A stretch of 60,061 bases of DNA, the filler included, from Dimargaris cristalligena (lineage: Eukaryota): the NCBI GenBank assembly GCA_003614675.1. It is 2 parts of 2 records of this genome, joined end to end, with 100 filler letters (N's around TTAATTAATTAA, not from the genome) between each part and the next. Parts side by side here need not be neighbours in the genome. Positions count along the whole stretch, not along the records: positions 1 to 30,000 come from ML002468.1; 1 more part is not named here. One strand, written 5' to 3'. Within the stretch, counting starts at the first letter, position 1. Each line of letters opens with the position of its first letter. Positions 11,108-23,944 of this stretch are shown here, in pieces. The notes beneath the pieces are model-generated. The model was given only the letters and a program-made list of their open reading frames with translations, did no database searches and had not been told where the DNA came from. The position numbers and the translations under genes are program-made.

Positions 11108-11651
11108 CTGATATACACATACACATACCTATACTTATATATAAGTATATATAAATAGCGCACTTCTCTCTCCTTTTTGCCTCCTACATTCCTACTGCAA
11201 TTCATACTACACACTTGCCTACATTATGCTCAACTAGAAACACCCTCATTCCTCAACCGTGCACTGTACCATTCCACTATCACACCATGAAGCGTACCGA
11301 AGAAAAACTCGGTACCCTTCTAATTCCGGCTAATGATACTGCAGGATGCCATGACTACCCCAAGTCCCTACCACTACAGGAGTGACCACCACACTGGATG
11401 CACGCCCCTCCTCAATATACACTGGGCTCCTTCACTTTACCTCTACTCCCCCTGGCTCAAATGCTTCACAATCACACCCATTGGATGGCGCGTGAAAGTA
11501 AAATAAATGTACTACTAATAATAGAAACATATATATACATGTATTGAATCTGCTTAAATGTTTTAATCCTATCGTTTTATACAGACATCATCCATCTTTG
11601 ACCCCAACCAATCCCACTTCACACCATGGAGGGTGGCAGTGGCATTGGGGA

Positions 11652-13025
11652 TTACGGATTAGCCGGGTGCGGCGTCGCATCATTTCCGTACTGTTTGGCC
11701 GTTCGCATCATCTTAATAAAATGCATGCGGTTATGATGGCTCGGATGCACCGTCGGTTTCCGCAGCGACCGGATACGTTCCGACGCAAACCCGGGAATTC
11801 GAATATTCCAGTTTCGCTCCAGGTGTAATTGCACGTCTTTCGCCTCGAGGACCCGGGATTTCCGGTGTTTAGCCAATTGGCACGCAAACGAAGTCACGGA
11901 CTCAATGAATTCGTCCGCTATTTCGCAGAGCATGTCCTCAACTTCGGGTTCTAAACGTTCGTGCGGATCCACTTGGGCCACCAGTTCCTGGATTTTCCGT
12001 TTGGAGAGGAGGCGGGCGTGGTGGTCCTGGATTTCGACCGGTGCTGCCCCCGCTCGGCCGGAACTTGATTGGTGCGACGATGAGGTGAGGGGGCCGGAGA
12101 GGGAGAGTAGGGTTTCGTTGGGTCGGATGGACGTTAGGGTGGGGGCTCGGCTCGGCCCGCTGGTTAGGCTACTACCACCGCCACCACCAACACCGCTGGG
12201 TGTGACGGGGGTGGCTGTACCCGGCCCGGCAGCAGTGATGACGGAGGTCGGGGTCTTGCTGGGACGGCTCATACCCGCAGCAGCCGACGAAGTAGCGGGA
12301 TGGGAAGGCGGTGGCTGGGTACCGACCGGTGTGGATGCCACCGACGCGTCCGATACGGGCGTGGCTTCCGGGGAGAGCATCGTCACATCAGTCGAGGACG
12401 CCTTTTTATCGCCCTTACCCGTGGCATCCTCGCCCGCCTTGGGCTTAGCCCGGCTGCGGGGTTTAACCGCCCCGGAGGAGGAGGTGGTGGTGGGCCTATC
12501 GGATTCGCTCTTTACGGTCACGGAAGCCATACCACTACTTCCTTTGGTCTCCCCGATGGCATCACCAAGCGCCGCTTTAGACTTGGACTTAGAGCCCGAG
12601 CCTCGACTACCGCCGGAGTTCGACTTGGTCGCCTTGACCGGTGTTTCCATGGTAGCTAGATACAGTAAAGGAAATAAATAATCAACTGAGTGAGTCTATA
12701 TGTATCCGTGTATGTACAGACGGGGCTGTGACTAGTATAAAAAAGCAACAAGAAATAGCCATCAGACCTAAATGTAAAAACACGGACGAGAAAATGAAGC
12801 ACGAAGCGGGGGAGGAGAGGTCGTCCTGTATCGCTTTTATAAGTGATCCTGACCCAGCAAAAGACCTTCTCATTTACCGCGCTAATATAATGGCATTTGA
12901 GCAGAAGGAAGTGTCGTGGTTGTACACCACTGAATCAGATGACGAGTGATCAACAAAAAACCACAGGTATCCCCGACTTTTTTTGATCACTAAAACCCCT
13001 CCAAAAAAAACAATCAAATCAATAG

Positions 13026-13059
<34 letters not shown>

Positions 13060-13570
13060 AAGAGTGAGGTTGGGGAGAGGACTTACCCATTGTCTGATTA
13101 TTGTTCTGCGCCTGCGACGTTGTCGCTGCACTAGTCAGCATTGCACTAAACATATGGAAATCCTTGGAGGCTTCCGCCAAATCCCGTTCGAATTTATCCC
13201 GCTGTTCGGCTGTCAAGTCCGGTTGGCGCTGGTTCTGGTACATTTCGATGATGGTTTGGCGGAGGGTTTTCATACAGCGTTCGGATTCCTGGATCGTGGA
13301 ATTGGTGAGCAGTTCGGGGGATAGGCCTAACGAATTCGTCAGCGGATTGGCGGTCCCCGGGGTCGGGGCAGTTGGATTGGCACCGGCATTGGCCAGGGGG
13401 GTCGTCGTCGTGGCCGCCGGTGCCCCACCACCACTACCATCGGTGGGGGAATCGGATGACGTAGAAGCAGCCGACAGGGTAGAGGCCAGGCGATCCGCTT
13501 TCCGTTGCTGCATTAGAAAGGCTTGCAAATCCTCCAGTTGCTTGGCGTAAGGACCCGTGAATCCGGACAT
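11652..13570 (-). CDS. TAF12: TFIID/SAGA subunit TAF12 (histone fold); exons 13570-13087 and 12655-11652, ~495 aa
   Basis: C-terminal [75 protein letters not shown] is the TAF12 histone fold. The GTAAGT donor at 13086 and CTAG acceptor at 12656 join in frame (1488 nt total). A small extra exon inside the 431-nt intron cannot be excluded. Confidence 0.92.
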
Positions 13571-14242
13571 ATTGGCAATAATAAAACGCAGACGCGGGCG
13601 ATATATGTGTGAGGGAGTTTGTTGGTAGGGGTATGGGTATGGGTATCAGCGTGGGGGTAGAGTGGGCTGTGGAGAATGAAGTAATAGCCGAATATGGTAT
13701 AAGCGGGAAAGGGATTAGGAAGTATAAGCGTACAGGTGGATATGGTTTGCTTGGCCAAATGGCTTTAAAAATGTAAGTTAATTAGGGCCCCAGTGGATAC
13801 GGAGACGGGGTAAAGAAGGAAATGAAGAAGAACACCTAAATACTGGGGAAATGAGGCATGAATGTAAAAAAGGACGAATGAAGTGGTTCGAATATAAAAA
13901 TCAAGGGGGGTGTAGTTTAAGGGCAATTCACACACTTTCAACCCAAGTTGATCAACAGCGTATTTAGTTATGAAGGTAGATGGGGGTAGTGTAAACACCC
14001 TAAAACGCGCCATTTCCTTTGGGTATGTTGGTTGTCCACTACTTGTTTTTCTCTTTGCCATTTTTAACTGCCATTGCGGTTAAACGATCCGACCTCCCCA
14101 ACAGCCTCTTTGAAACCCTGGTTTACGACTCTATACTCTGACATTGCCTACCAATTGCGCCTGCTTCACTCACCCAGTCCACATTATACTCCTTCTTCAC
14201 CGTCCTCCACAGTTCCCCGCTTGTATAGCATAGTCGGCGGCC
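13571..14242. promoter_or_regulatory. Putative bidirectional promoter between TAF12 and TAF13
   Basis: 672 bp separate the two divergent ATGs. Confidence 0.55.
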
Positions 14243-14833
14243 ATGGATTTCAAACTAAAGACCGTGCCTAAGCGCAAGCTCCTCTCCCGGGAAAGTAAGT
14301 CTCGCAACCTATTACGTGCACTATGTAGCCTAGGCTCGGCCAAACCCTCTACCTGGACCGACGCATTGCGTCCCACCCACCCAGTCCTAATTTCTAATGT
14401 GCCAGCCGCGGGAACGACCCACATTATACCAAGGTATATATAATCAAACCAATACTAACTCTAGTCCATTCTACGGATGACCTTAATATACACCACCACC
14501 ACTACTACTACCATTCCCGCCGCCTCGACCTTCACCAACCCCCCTTCCCCGCCAGTCAGCTTAATGATGTTCGGTTTCGGTGATGTACGGCAACCCGCTC
14601 CGGACAGCGTCGGGGTGATGGAGGATATTTTAATCGATTATCTTACCGAAATGTGCTTCCAAGCTTCGCGCTGGGGCGGCAAACGGGGCAAAGTAACGGT
14701 ACAGGACTTTAAACTCGCCCTGCGCCACGACCAAAAGAAATTGGCCCGTGTCGAAGAATTACTCAAGATGGCCGAGGTGATCAAAGAGTCCCGGCGACTG
14801 TTTTCGGACGATGAGGAGGAACCCAAAGAGTAG
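14243..14833 (+). CDS. TAF13: TFIID subunit TAF13; exons 14243-14294 and 14556-14833, 109 aa
   Basis: The spliced product MDFKLKTVPKRKLLSREISLMMFGFGDVRQPAPDSVGVMEDILIDYLTEMC...FKLALRHDQKKLARVEELL matches the TAF13 motif (MMxGFGD...D.KKL.RV.ELL). GTAAGT/CAG intron, in frame (330 nt). Confidence 0.93.
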
Positions 14834-15606
14834 TATATAGTATAGTAGAGTATAGCATAAGTAAGTGGAGGGAGGGCTCTAACTATAAACTCTAGCTAAC
14901 CTGGGGCGGCAGTGTTATCCATCGTCGCCCCCTCCCGTCCCTCAACTGTTTCAGGTTAAGCGAAGAAGAAATCGTAGCTCGATAAGCCTTAAATGTTACA
15001 TACATCCCTCTTCGTGCCACTTACCACCACCAGTCTCGTTTTATTGTAAAATAGCTTCTTGAAATCACCCATCTATGCCTCGGCCACAGTTTAGGCCTAT
15101 TCTGAACTCCGGGGCCTTACTATGCCTGTATTAGGACTAAATATTATCCAATTCCCCTAATAAATCATACACTGGGCCCAGTCTACGCCAGTTTCATATG
15201 ATAGAGCCTAGTTCCTTACAAATCAAAAATGGCGAGGAATGTACAGTCAGTCAGTCCAACCGCGGCTTAAATAGGAGGAGTACGTTAAAGATCACTCCTG
15301 CCAAATCTTTTTAGGCCTGCTGCTTCAAACCTGTGCCTATCATGTGCCTTGCATAATCAATTCCTCAACTCGATTGCTCCAAAACTGCCCTGAAACGCAT
15401 TTTCTCCCACCATTCTCTCTATTGGCCTTGTTAGATACCTTTTAGTATTATTTAGCCCTAGCCTGTCCTTTTTGCCCTTCTCAAGTGCTAAATGTTCATT
15501 AACCCCCTTCCTTGGTCGCATTGAGCACTACCACGCCGCCCATTTCTATCCACTCGATTTCTTCAGTCCGTTTATCTCGAAGCCGCCTCATCGACCTCTA
15601 TCCCCA

Positions 15607-17201
15607 ATGGAACAACTACACGGCTCGAAACGCCTCCTACTCGTGTTCATCCACGGCTTTCGAGGCAATGACTTTACGTTCCAGGTAACCCATTCCTGTA
15701 CCTTTTGGCGTCTTCGTTTGATACCACCCCTCCTCCTACACACACCTGCCTTCGGATTGGTTTGGCAATATGCTAGCTCTTATAGATTTTTGACCAACTG
15801 GGCTATCATTGCGAATAAATCATACTGCATACTTTAGGATTTCCCCGAGCGGCTCCGCACCGTTTTAACCAACTCGATGCCCGCTTTCGATGTGGAAGCG
15901 GTGATTTACCCGCAGTACAAGACCCAGGGTGATTTACACCAAGCGACTCTGCAATTCTGCGCCTGGTTACAGGACCTCGTGGTCCAGCATCGGAAGGAAT
16001 CCTTCGAGGGCGAAATCTTGATTGCCCTAGTGGGCCACTCCATGGGCGGACTGCTAGGTAAGTTCAGGAAGTGCTAATGCAACGGACTTCCTTTTATATA
16101 AACAGATATATATATATATATATATAATTGGGGAGTGGGTAAATGAGAGGCCTGAAACTGAGCTTGCAGGCCAGTCGCAATCTACCCGTAATAATTAATA
16201 TGTACTGAACTCCCGCCTAATTATGTAACAATAACCATTCTCCTAACCCCTTATCCAAAATACATATACTTATAATCCCCCCCCCCCTCGGGACCTCTCC
16301 AGCGGCTGATGCGATCCTCGAACTGTACGAAACTAAAGAGCCGACCACCACCGGGTCCAACCCCTCCCCCGCCGCATCCCTCTTTGCCCTAGCCCCCCAC
16401 CGGGCGGCAATTATCGGACTTATTGCCTATGATTCCCCTTTCTACGGCGTCAATGCATCCCTCTGGACCGACGCGGCTTTGGAACGGGCTACGGAAGTAT
16501 CCCAACAAGTCAATCAATACCTACCGGCGCTTACCACTGCAGTCCCGGCCCTCACTTCCCTCTGGAATCTCCGGCCCAACGCTTCCGGGACAACAGCAAC
16601 AGCAACGGCAGCTGCAGCAGGGGCCGGGGCCGCTAGAGCCGCTACGGTCGCGGCACCCCAACAGGCCTCCCGGTGGGGTGGTATGGGTAAATGGGGGGCC
16701 ATCGCCGTCGGTGGTCTCGTCGCGTCCGCCGCCGCCGCTGCCGTCACCTATTCCCAACGCGACCAGATCCAGTCAGGTATCTCGTACATCACCAGTCACC
16801 TCGAATTCGTAGGCGCGTTGGTACGACCCGACCAACTGGCCCAGCGCATTCAGCGGGTGCTCGCCCTGCAACCTAACGTACAGTTCCACTGTTACTATAA
16901 CGAACTGGAACGGCGGACCACTCCCCCACCCTCCTCCTCCTCCTCCAATCCCCAGGGTAGGAATAGTGGTAATGGTCCCAGGATGGCCTCGTTAACCGCT
17001 ACCCGTACGTTCATTGGTCTTCCCCCTGCGGAAGCCAAACCCTACTTTACGCCCATGCCGGCCGAAGCGAAGGATGAAATCGACGCCCACGTATCGATCT
17101 TTAATCCGGCGGTGAATTCGCATTACTACGCTCTCGGGGATGCCGCCATCAAACGTCTCACCGAGATGATTAAGCGCTACGCCGAGACTAAAGTACAGTG
17201 A
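15607..17201 (+). CDS. Alpha/beta hydrolase, DUF676-like putative serine esterase/lipase; exons 15607-15684, 15838-16057, 16303-17201 (398 aa)
   Basis: Motifs LVFIHGFRG, nucleophile elbow GHSMGG, IIGLIAYDSPFYG and a C-terminal DEIDAHVSIF. Two GT-AG introns restore one frame. Confidence 0.88.
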
Positions 17202-18115
17202 GGTGAATTTTTATATGGAAGGTCCTATTATCTACAATGCCATCATCATATTTCTCCCCATTCCCACCCAATTACATACACACATAGCTACACTTTGTTG
17301 AGCTTGGTTTTCCACTTGTATAACTTGATGTTTTTATTTTGGTTTTTATTCAACAAACATGAAATCCTGGACTGGTGAGTATGGGTTATCCATCGAGTCA
17401 ATCCGAGACTGGTTTAGTTTTTTCTAGCATAGTCCCAATACTGGTTAAATCCTTCATGCTAATAAACAAATGGCAACTAAATTCGCCTCCGACAGAAAAT
17501 CGAAAAATAAGACGTGATAATAATATTATTATTAATAACGGTAATAATCAACAGAACCACACCTGGAGCAGAATACATAGATGGCCCAACAGAGATGGAT
17601 TAGGAGACTTTTTAAAGAAGCACATTACAAAGAGTTCGAGAGAGACGAAGAAATACTAATAGAAACGGGGATTTACCCCATTGGCGTGAAAGAAAATATA
17701 AAGCAGAGGGGGAACAAGACAAGTTAGCGACGCTGGGCAAGAATTTAAAAAGTATGCAGATGAATGCTTGTTAAAATAACAAATGATACGGACAATAGGC
17801 GAGGTGGGGGAGGGTCTGGGAAAGCGTCCTTGAGCCATATATACGTAAGCCGCTCGTTGGTGGAGAGAAGAACCCCATCAAGGGGGGGGGAGGATTAAGA
17901 AACTAGGGGGTTAATTTGAGTAAGAAGGAACGAGGGTGAGGCTGATAGAACAATGGTATAATAACGTGTTCCCCTACACAATGAGCAGCAAGCGTATCCC
18001 CCCGGTTGATTGATACCAAAATGCGCATTAGAATATATAAAACTAGGCGGATATAGCCATAGGGTAATGTATGTAAAAATAAGAAATAAAAACAACATCA
18101 TTACTATCCATCTTG

Positions 18116-19508
18116 CTATCTCAGGAGGGCCAATTCAAAGTCCGTCACTTGGGGTAAATAGGCGTACCCACTCAGGTCCAATACGTACAAGTCCGATACC
18201 ACCGACTGGCCATCGAACCCGCCGTGTAGAAACAGGCGCGAGTCATGAAGAACCGCGGCGTGGTAGGCGCGGCCGGTAGGATGGGCACCATATACCCGGC
18301 GGATTTCCCAGTTCATGGTCACCAAATTGAGAAGGAGAATTTCGTTGGAATATTGGTTTCCGTCGTGTCCTCCAATGACAAATAGATACGAACCCACCTG
18401 GGTGGCGGTGTGGGCCAGACGCACAATCGGGGGCTGACAGTCGACCTGGGTCCAAGTCAGGGTTGGAAGGTGGAGAATATGAATATCGTCGAAACAGGTG
18501 TTGCCATCTGACCCCCCATAGACTAACAGTTTGTCTTGGATGATGTTGTTGGTGTGGTAGCCCCGGGCCCGCGGCGGAGTCCCCTCGGTATTCAGCCGGG
18601 ACCAGTGGTAGGTGAAGGTGGGAGCATCGAGGCTCCCATTGGTGGCAGCGGGTGTGTGCTGGTTATGGCCTATGGTACTGTTGTAGCTGTGACTGCGAAT
18701 CGGACCGGCCGTACTGCTATTGCCCGTGGGGACGCGCGGGGCATGGGGGGTGATGGTAAGCTTGTAAATGTCGTTGAGGGGCCGAGTACCGTCGCCCCCA
18801 CCGAATAAGTAGAGGGCGCCATCATAGGCAAAACTGGTGTGAGTACGGCGTGGACCGGGAGCCTCGCCGCTGACCTTGGGCTTGGACCATAGGAGGGTAT
18901 CAGCGTCGAAAATATACAGCTCACTGAAATAATTGGGGCCATCCCCGCCTCCGAATACATACAACTTGCGGTCGATGACGGTGGAGGAGTGGGCTCGGCA
19001 GGGTGGGGGGATATCGCCTGCCGCCTTGGCTACCGACCAGTGCATTGAATCTGCGTAGATAAACAGGTGAATAAATAAGGAGGAGGGTGGACGAGTTAAC
19101 ACATGAGTTTGATTTAGGGAAGAGGGCTAACCAACTAATGGCGGGACCCTGTGGGTCGGGGGAATTGGACATGTATCAATATATCACCCCCCCCCCGCGT
19201 GGGCATAATAATAAGAGTGGGAAATGTTGGTAGGGTATTTTTAAACGACGCGACGTGGAACTTACCCGAGTCAAATACAAACACCTCACTATAACAGCAG
19301 CGGTTATCCCAGCCGCCAAAGATGTAGATATAGTCACCAATGACGTTCATGGTATGGGACCGGACCTTTTTGGGGCCGGTGCCATAGGTTTTCACCCGCG
19401 ACCAGTACATGGCGGGAACGGGGGCGGGGGCAGAGCCTTTCTTGGAAAGCTGGCGGGTATTGAGCGAAAGAGTCGGCTCGGGTTTGAGGGGAGCCACGGA
19501 CACGGGAC
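18116..19508 (-). CDS. Kelch-repeat beta-propeller protein; exons <=19508-19266 and 19050-18116; start uncertain (ATG 19410 or an upstream exon)
   Basis: Six kelch repeats (IYIFGGWD, LYVFGGGDG, LYLFGGGDG, LLVYGGSDG, LFVIGGHDG, LFLHGGFDG) with PxxRxxH lead-ins. GTAAGT..CAG intron at 19265-19051. Confidence 0.9.
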
Positions 19509-22500
19509 CTGACAGTCAATGGAGAGAGAGAGAAGGGGAGAGAGGGTTAGGGCGATGTATGCCAATCAATATATATATATATATATATATATATATGGAG
19601 ATAGTTGAGTAACAGGGCCGATAAGAGTGGCCTGGGTCATGAAGGGATCCAGAAAGCAGGAATGGAAATGAAGAAGCAAGACTGGAAAAGGCGGAGCAAG
19701 ATGAAGGCGGCCGCAGGGAGGGGGGACAAAAAAGTGGTAGTTCAAAACTCGACGGCTGCTGTCCTTCGTCTTTGTCCCCCCTCCTTTCTCCAAGGAAGCA
19801 CACCACCCACAGACGCAAAAGGCCCAGCCGGAGTAGTACAGCGTAGTGGAGGACAGGACATAGCACCACCACCACCACCACTATAGGCGGGGGGCTCTTT
19901 TCGCCCGACACAACACAACGCAACACACGAAAAAGGGGGGGTTCCCTCGTCTTTGCTTTGCCAAACGGGTAGCAGTTTCGCAGAGCGAGGTGAGGGGAAG
20001 GGAGGGGGCGCGTGTATAACGAGACTGTTTGGACCCATGCATACAAAGGCTGTACGGCTCTTTATATTCATCGCCTAAGGAAGCCACGCTGCTGCACCGC
20101 CTAAACAATAACCACGCTCTGGGTTTTAGCCCCGGCCGAAAGAGCGGTGCCGTTGTTGGTCTTACCACCTCCCTCCTCCTCCTTTGTCCGACGTGGATCG
20201 AGAAGGGGGTTGCGTAATGGGGTCACGGAGTCTACACCTGGCGGAGCCTTTGTCAGTAAAGCAGAATACCCAAGGAAGGCGACCAGGCAGATGAGGCTGT
20301 ATGCACTTACCCGTACCCCCGAGACTTGGGGAGGCGTTCATTTCGTTCCTGGCCAACATGGAAGAGGAAGGGAGCGAAGGAATGGGACGAGGACAACGAA
20401 GACGAGTAAGCGGGTAGGTTAGATAAGTAGCGGAGAGGAATGGGTGGTCAGAGACACGACCACACAGCCTCGGGTGAACGGAAGAAGGGAGAGGCGGGTG
20501 GAGTTAGCTAGTATGGGTGGATATTTACAATAGGCAGAAATATTATAAAGAGTAAAGAAGCAACAAAGGCCGGTCTGAATAGCAGCACTGGTTATTTGTA
20601 TAGGGCAGCAGGTGCACGGTCTTCTTAATATGCGGAGAGGTGTTGTTATTACGACCGGGCGAAGCCAAGAAGCATAGCTGAGTAGATTAAGGAGAAGCGA
20701 GAAGAGGAGAGAAGGGAGGAATCGTGTGGAAGGGAAAACATATCCAAATGACATTGAATAAGATGATTTACCATCCCTTCCCCACCGTCACTACACATAC
20801 CTTCTTGGGGCTGGTGGATATATATAAAAGTATACATACACACCCATTGATGTGGTGTGTGTGCTCTCTCTTTGGGAGGTGTTCAGCCCTCTCTATCTAT
20901 ATACCCTACTCGACTCTCCCCGCACATTGGCCGAGACAGAGCCCTCCCACTAGGGATTGCCTTATTGATGAACTTATATTTTTCAAAGAAACGCCCAATT
21001 AGCGCGACTGTGATCGAGAGTGTCCAGCCACTGACTGGCGGGGCGACCCTCGAATAAAACCCCCCAGGGGCCCATCATCTGGTGGACAACTGTCCAGAAA
21101 TAGTGAAACCCCGCGCAGGGAAAGAAGCATACATCATCATGATCCAGGCGCCGCCATCGAATGAATGAGCGGCGGCTCCTGTGGAGCGTACCGACTACGG
21201 GTGGAGCGGGAATCGGGCCATTGTTCTAGGAAAACATATGCCACCTTACTAATAAGACCCTTCTATCCTCATTATACTGATTACTAATGAAAGGAATCCC
21301 GAATACAGAGGAAATCACTGGCGCACAGATCCCCCGAGGTTGGGACTCGTTGAGGTCCGATGAGTCCATAAACCCGCCTGAGCGAACCCCGATTCTCCAA
21401 GCCCGATGGGTTGTCCCAATGGGAAATGGATCGCATCCCCCGTAATTTCTAATAGATGAAGCCCCCTCCTCCACCCAATTGGGCCCGAGTACCAGCTCCA
21501 GTTTTTAGATGTTGAAGGTGAGAATAATGAATGTGTCTCACCTCCCCACAGTACTAGAAAGGCTGGTGTATCTCTTCTACATCAGGAAATTCCATCGGCT
21601 CTTCTGTTCTGTTTTGCTCTATAATAAAGAGCTTAATTAACAAATGACAAAGACCACTCCATCCGGGCTCTATGGTAAATAGAATCAAACAGAGTGGTTC
21701 CCATAGACGGTGGATGGATTACATGGACCGACCAGGACTGAGAGTACACCACGCCCCTCTAATCACACAGTCTATTTTGAATCTTCCAAATGGCTCTGAT
21801 TTGGGATTAAATCAATTAGACCAAAAGAGGCCATCGGTGAAATCCAGCCCAACTGTACAAGGTTCCAAATGAAATGGCAGTAGAGAAGTGGGCACAGTAT
21901 TTATATTTATCTAATCAATCAATTATTTAGGTGGTGTGGCCTCATCTAACGGAGTATTCGTGATGCGCCGGGATCGAATGTCTCCAATATAGGTGCTGCC
22001 GGCTGTTCGACAACCACTGGGAATTCACTCCCCTTAAACAGAGCCATACTGGTTATGATGCGGAAGAAAACCCCTAGCTAGCCAATTGGTGTGCAGCATC
22101 CGCTCTGAAATGAGCATCTCTCCTTTTCGAGCCAGAAGCAACGAACATCACACACTCTCTCTCTTATACCACTACCCCTTTACTGCCAAAAACGGGAATT
22201 GACAGAGTGGCGACTTTTCTATTAATATATTTTAACCCCATCTGGATTTCATATTTTGCAGGCCGATTAATTATATATATATATCAGTATTACCGCTAGC
22301 AGGCGGAAAAGGACAGCAGCTGATACTGCCCAGAAACATTAAATTACCAGGGTTGGAATGTGAGTGTTTTCCGCAGGAGTCCTCCTGTCAGTGTTAATGG
22401 TGATATTGGTGATGGGGTGACTCCTTCCCCCCCCTCCAAACACGCTCATTTCTGTCGCGACTGATTTCTCTTTGGCTGATACAGAGGTATTGTTGTAGTT

Positions 22501-23187
22501 ATTCAACCATCCTCCTCATATCGGCACAGTGACGGAGGATGCCCTCGCGGTGTGCGCCCCTGTACGAATCCTCCTGTTTATATTCCAACCACCACCATAA
22601 CAGCGCAAGTGCCCATGTGAGCGAATAGGCCAAAGTTGGTAAACACGAAGCTGGTCCAGGCGAATCCGCCTGACTGTAATTCCGCACATCCCCCCCTTTT
22701 CGCTTCCTCCTGATTAGGCTAATAGGGGAGGGAATATCCGTCCACTCGAGATCCCCCTCTCCACCCAGCCAACAAGACTGTGGCGACTTCAATGACCTGG
22801 ATGCAACATCAAAGAAAATAAACGAATAGTGAATGAAGGAGGAGTGGATGCTCCAATCGTTTTCCAATTAGTCATGGGCAAAGCACATTCACCTCGTTTT
22901 TGAAACCAATTAGACGAGCTGGGCCTTTTCTATACGAAGATCGGCTTTCTGTGGATGTACCTAGCGCGCTATTCAGGCTTATTCATACATTACTAAGTCC
23001 GCAAGCGAGGATCGGCTCCAAGATTATCCGACCGCCACCACTATCCCCATACCAATTGCTGAGTCGATAAAGCGGAATACGTAAGCGCCAATTCCCCCTC
23101 CCTCCCCATTTATTTTTTTTAAAAATGATCTCTCTCTCTCTCTCTCTCTCTAGTCGGATTTTGAGTGCTTGATATCTCCGGCCTCGC

Positions 23188-23195
23188 TATAAAAA
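23188..23195 (+). promoter_or_regulatory. TATA box of the GPI-protein gene
   Basis: TATAAAAA ~200 nt upstream of ATG 23396, followed by a pyrimidine-rich tract. Confidence 0.55.
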
Positions 23196-23395
23196 TACCA
23201 CATGTCCTTGCCCTTTCCATTTAGATTTCTCCTTTCCAGTTCGTTCACTCGCTTTGCTTAGCCTAGTATTATTATTATTATTATTATTACTATTTTTCAT
23301 TTTCCACTTAATGACTTTGGTGCCCGTTTTTTAAATTTCCATTCCCTCCCTTTATCTCCACCGCTAACGACCACCCCCTAATATATATCACCACC

Positions 23396-23944
23396 ATGCA
23401 GTTCTCCGTTCGCTCCGTCCTTGCGACCTCCGCCCTGGTCTTCCTCGTGGCCCGGAGCCCCGTCGCCTTCGCTGATGAAAGCAGCTACGTTGCCGCTCTG
23501 CCCGACAGCATGAAGTGCTTGGCGAGTGACGCGTGCCAGTCGGCGACCGAGCGCGACTGCGTCCAAGACTGCCTCGGTATCAGCTATGACCAGTTCTCCC
23601 AGTGCGACAGCAGCTGCTTCACCAGCGAGTCCGAGAGCAAGGACGTGCCTATTGAACAGACCCCCGAGTTCACGTGTTTCACCGGCTGCGTCGTCAGTGC
23701 CCAGAACGGAAGTGCCGTCGGCTCGAACAGTACCTCGACCACCACTGCCAGTACTGCTGGTGCTGCCACCTCTTCCCATGCTGCTTCCGCCACTTCAGCC
23801 AAGGCTTCGGCCACTGGCACCAAGTCGGTTTCGGCTTCCAACTCCTCCGACTCGAGTGATGATGACTCCACCAGCGGTGCTACTACCCTGGCCGCTTCGG
23901 TGGTTTCGGCTCTCAGCATGGTCGCTTTGATCGCTGCCCTGTAG
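23396..23944 (+). CDS. Secreted, probably GPI-anchored cell-surface protein (8-Cys domain plus Ser/Thr stalk), 182 aa
   Basis: N-terminal signal peptide, 8 Cys within ~60 aa, S/T/A-rich linker, and an omega-like TSGA followed by a hydrophobic C-terminal tail. Good start context (CACCATG). Confidence 0.88.
   Translation: MQFSVRSVLATSALVFLVARSPVAFADESSYVAALPDSMKCLASDACQSATERDCVQDCLGISYDQFSQCDSSCFTSESESKDVPIEQTPEFTCFTGCVVSAQNGSAVGSNSTSTTTASTAGAATSSHAASATSAKASATGTKSVSASNSSDSSDDDSTSGATTLAASVVSALSMVALIAAL

Noticed and set aside
11905..12681. 258-aa plus-strand ORF and many other long antisense ORFs (e.g. 27459-28070, 53313-53924)
   Set aside because: Shadows of real genes on the opposite strand, with no recognisable motifs.
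21345..21370. GGACTCGT...CGATGAGTCC hairpin resembling a hammerhead ribozyme core
   Set aside because: Lacks the CUGAUGA and GAAA core arrangement.
19516..22900. Multiple 60-176 aa ORFs upstream of the kelch gene
   Set aside because: Low-complexity or microsatellite-derived, mostly non-ATG starts, no motifs; treated as UTR or intergenic.
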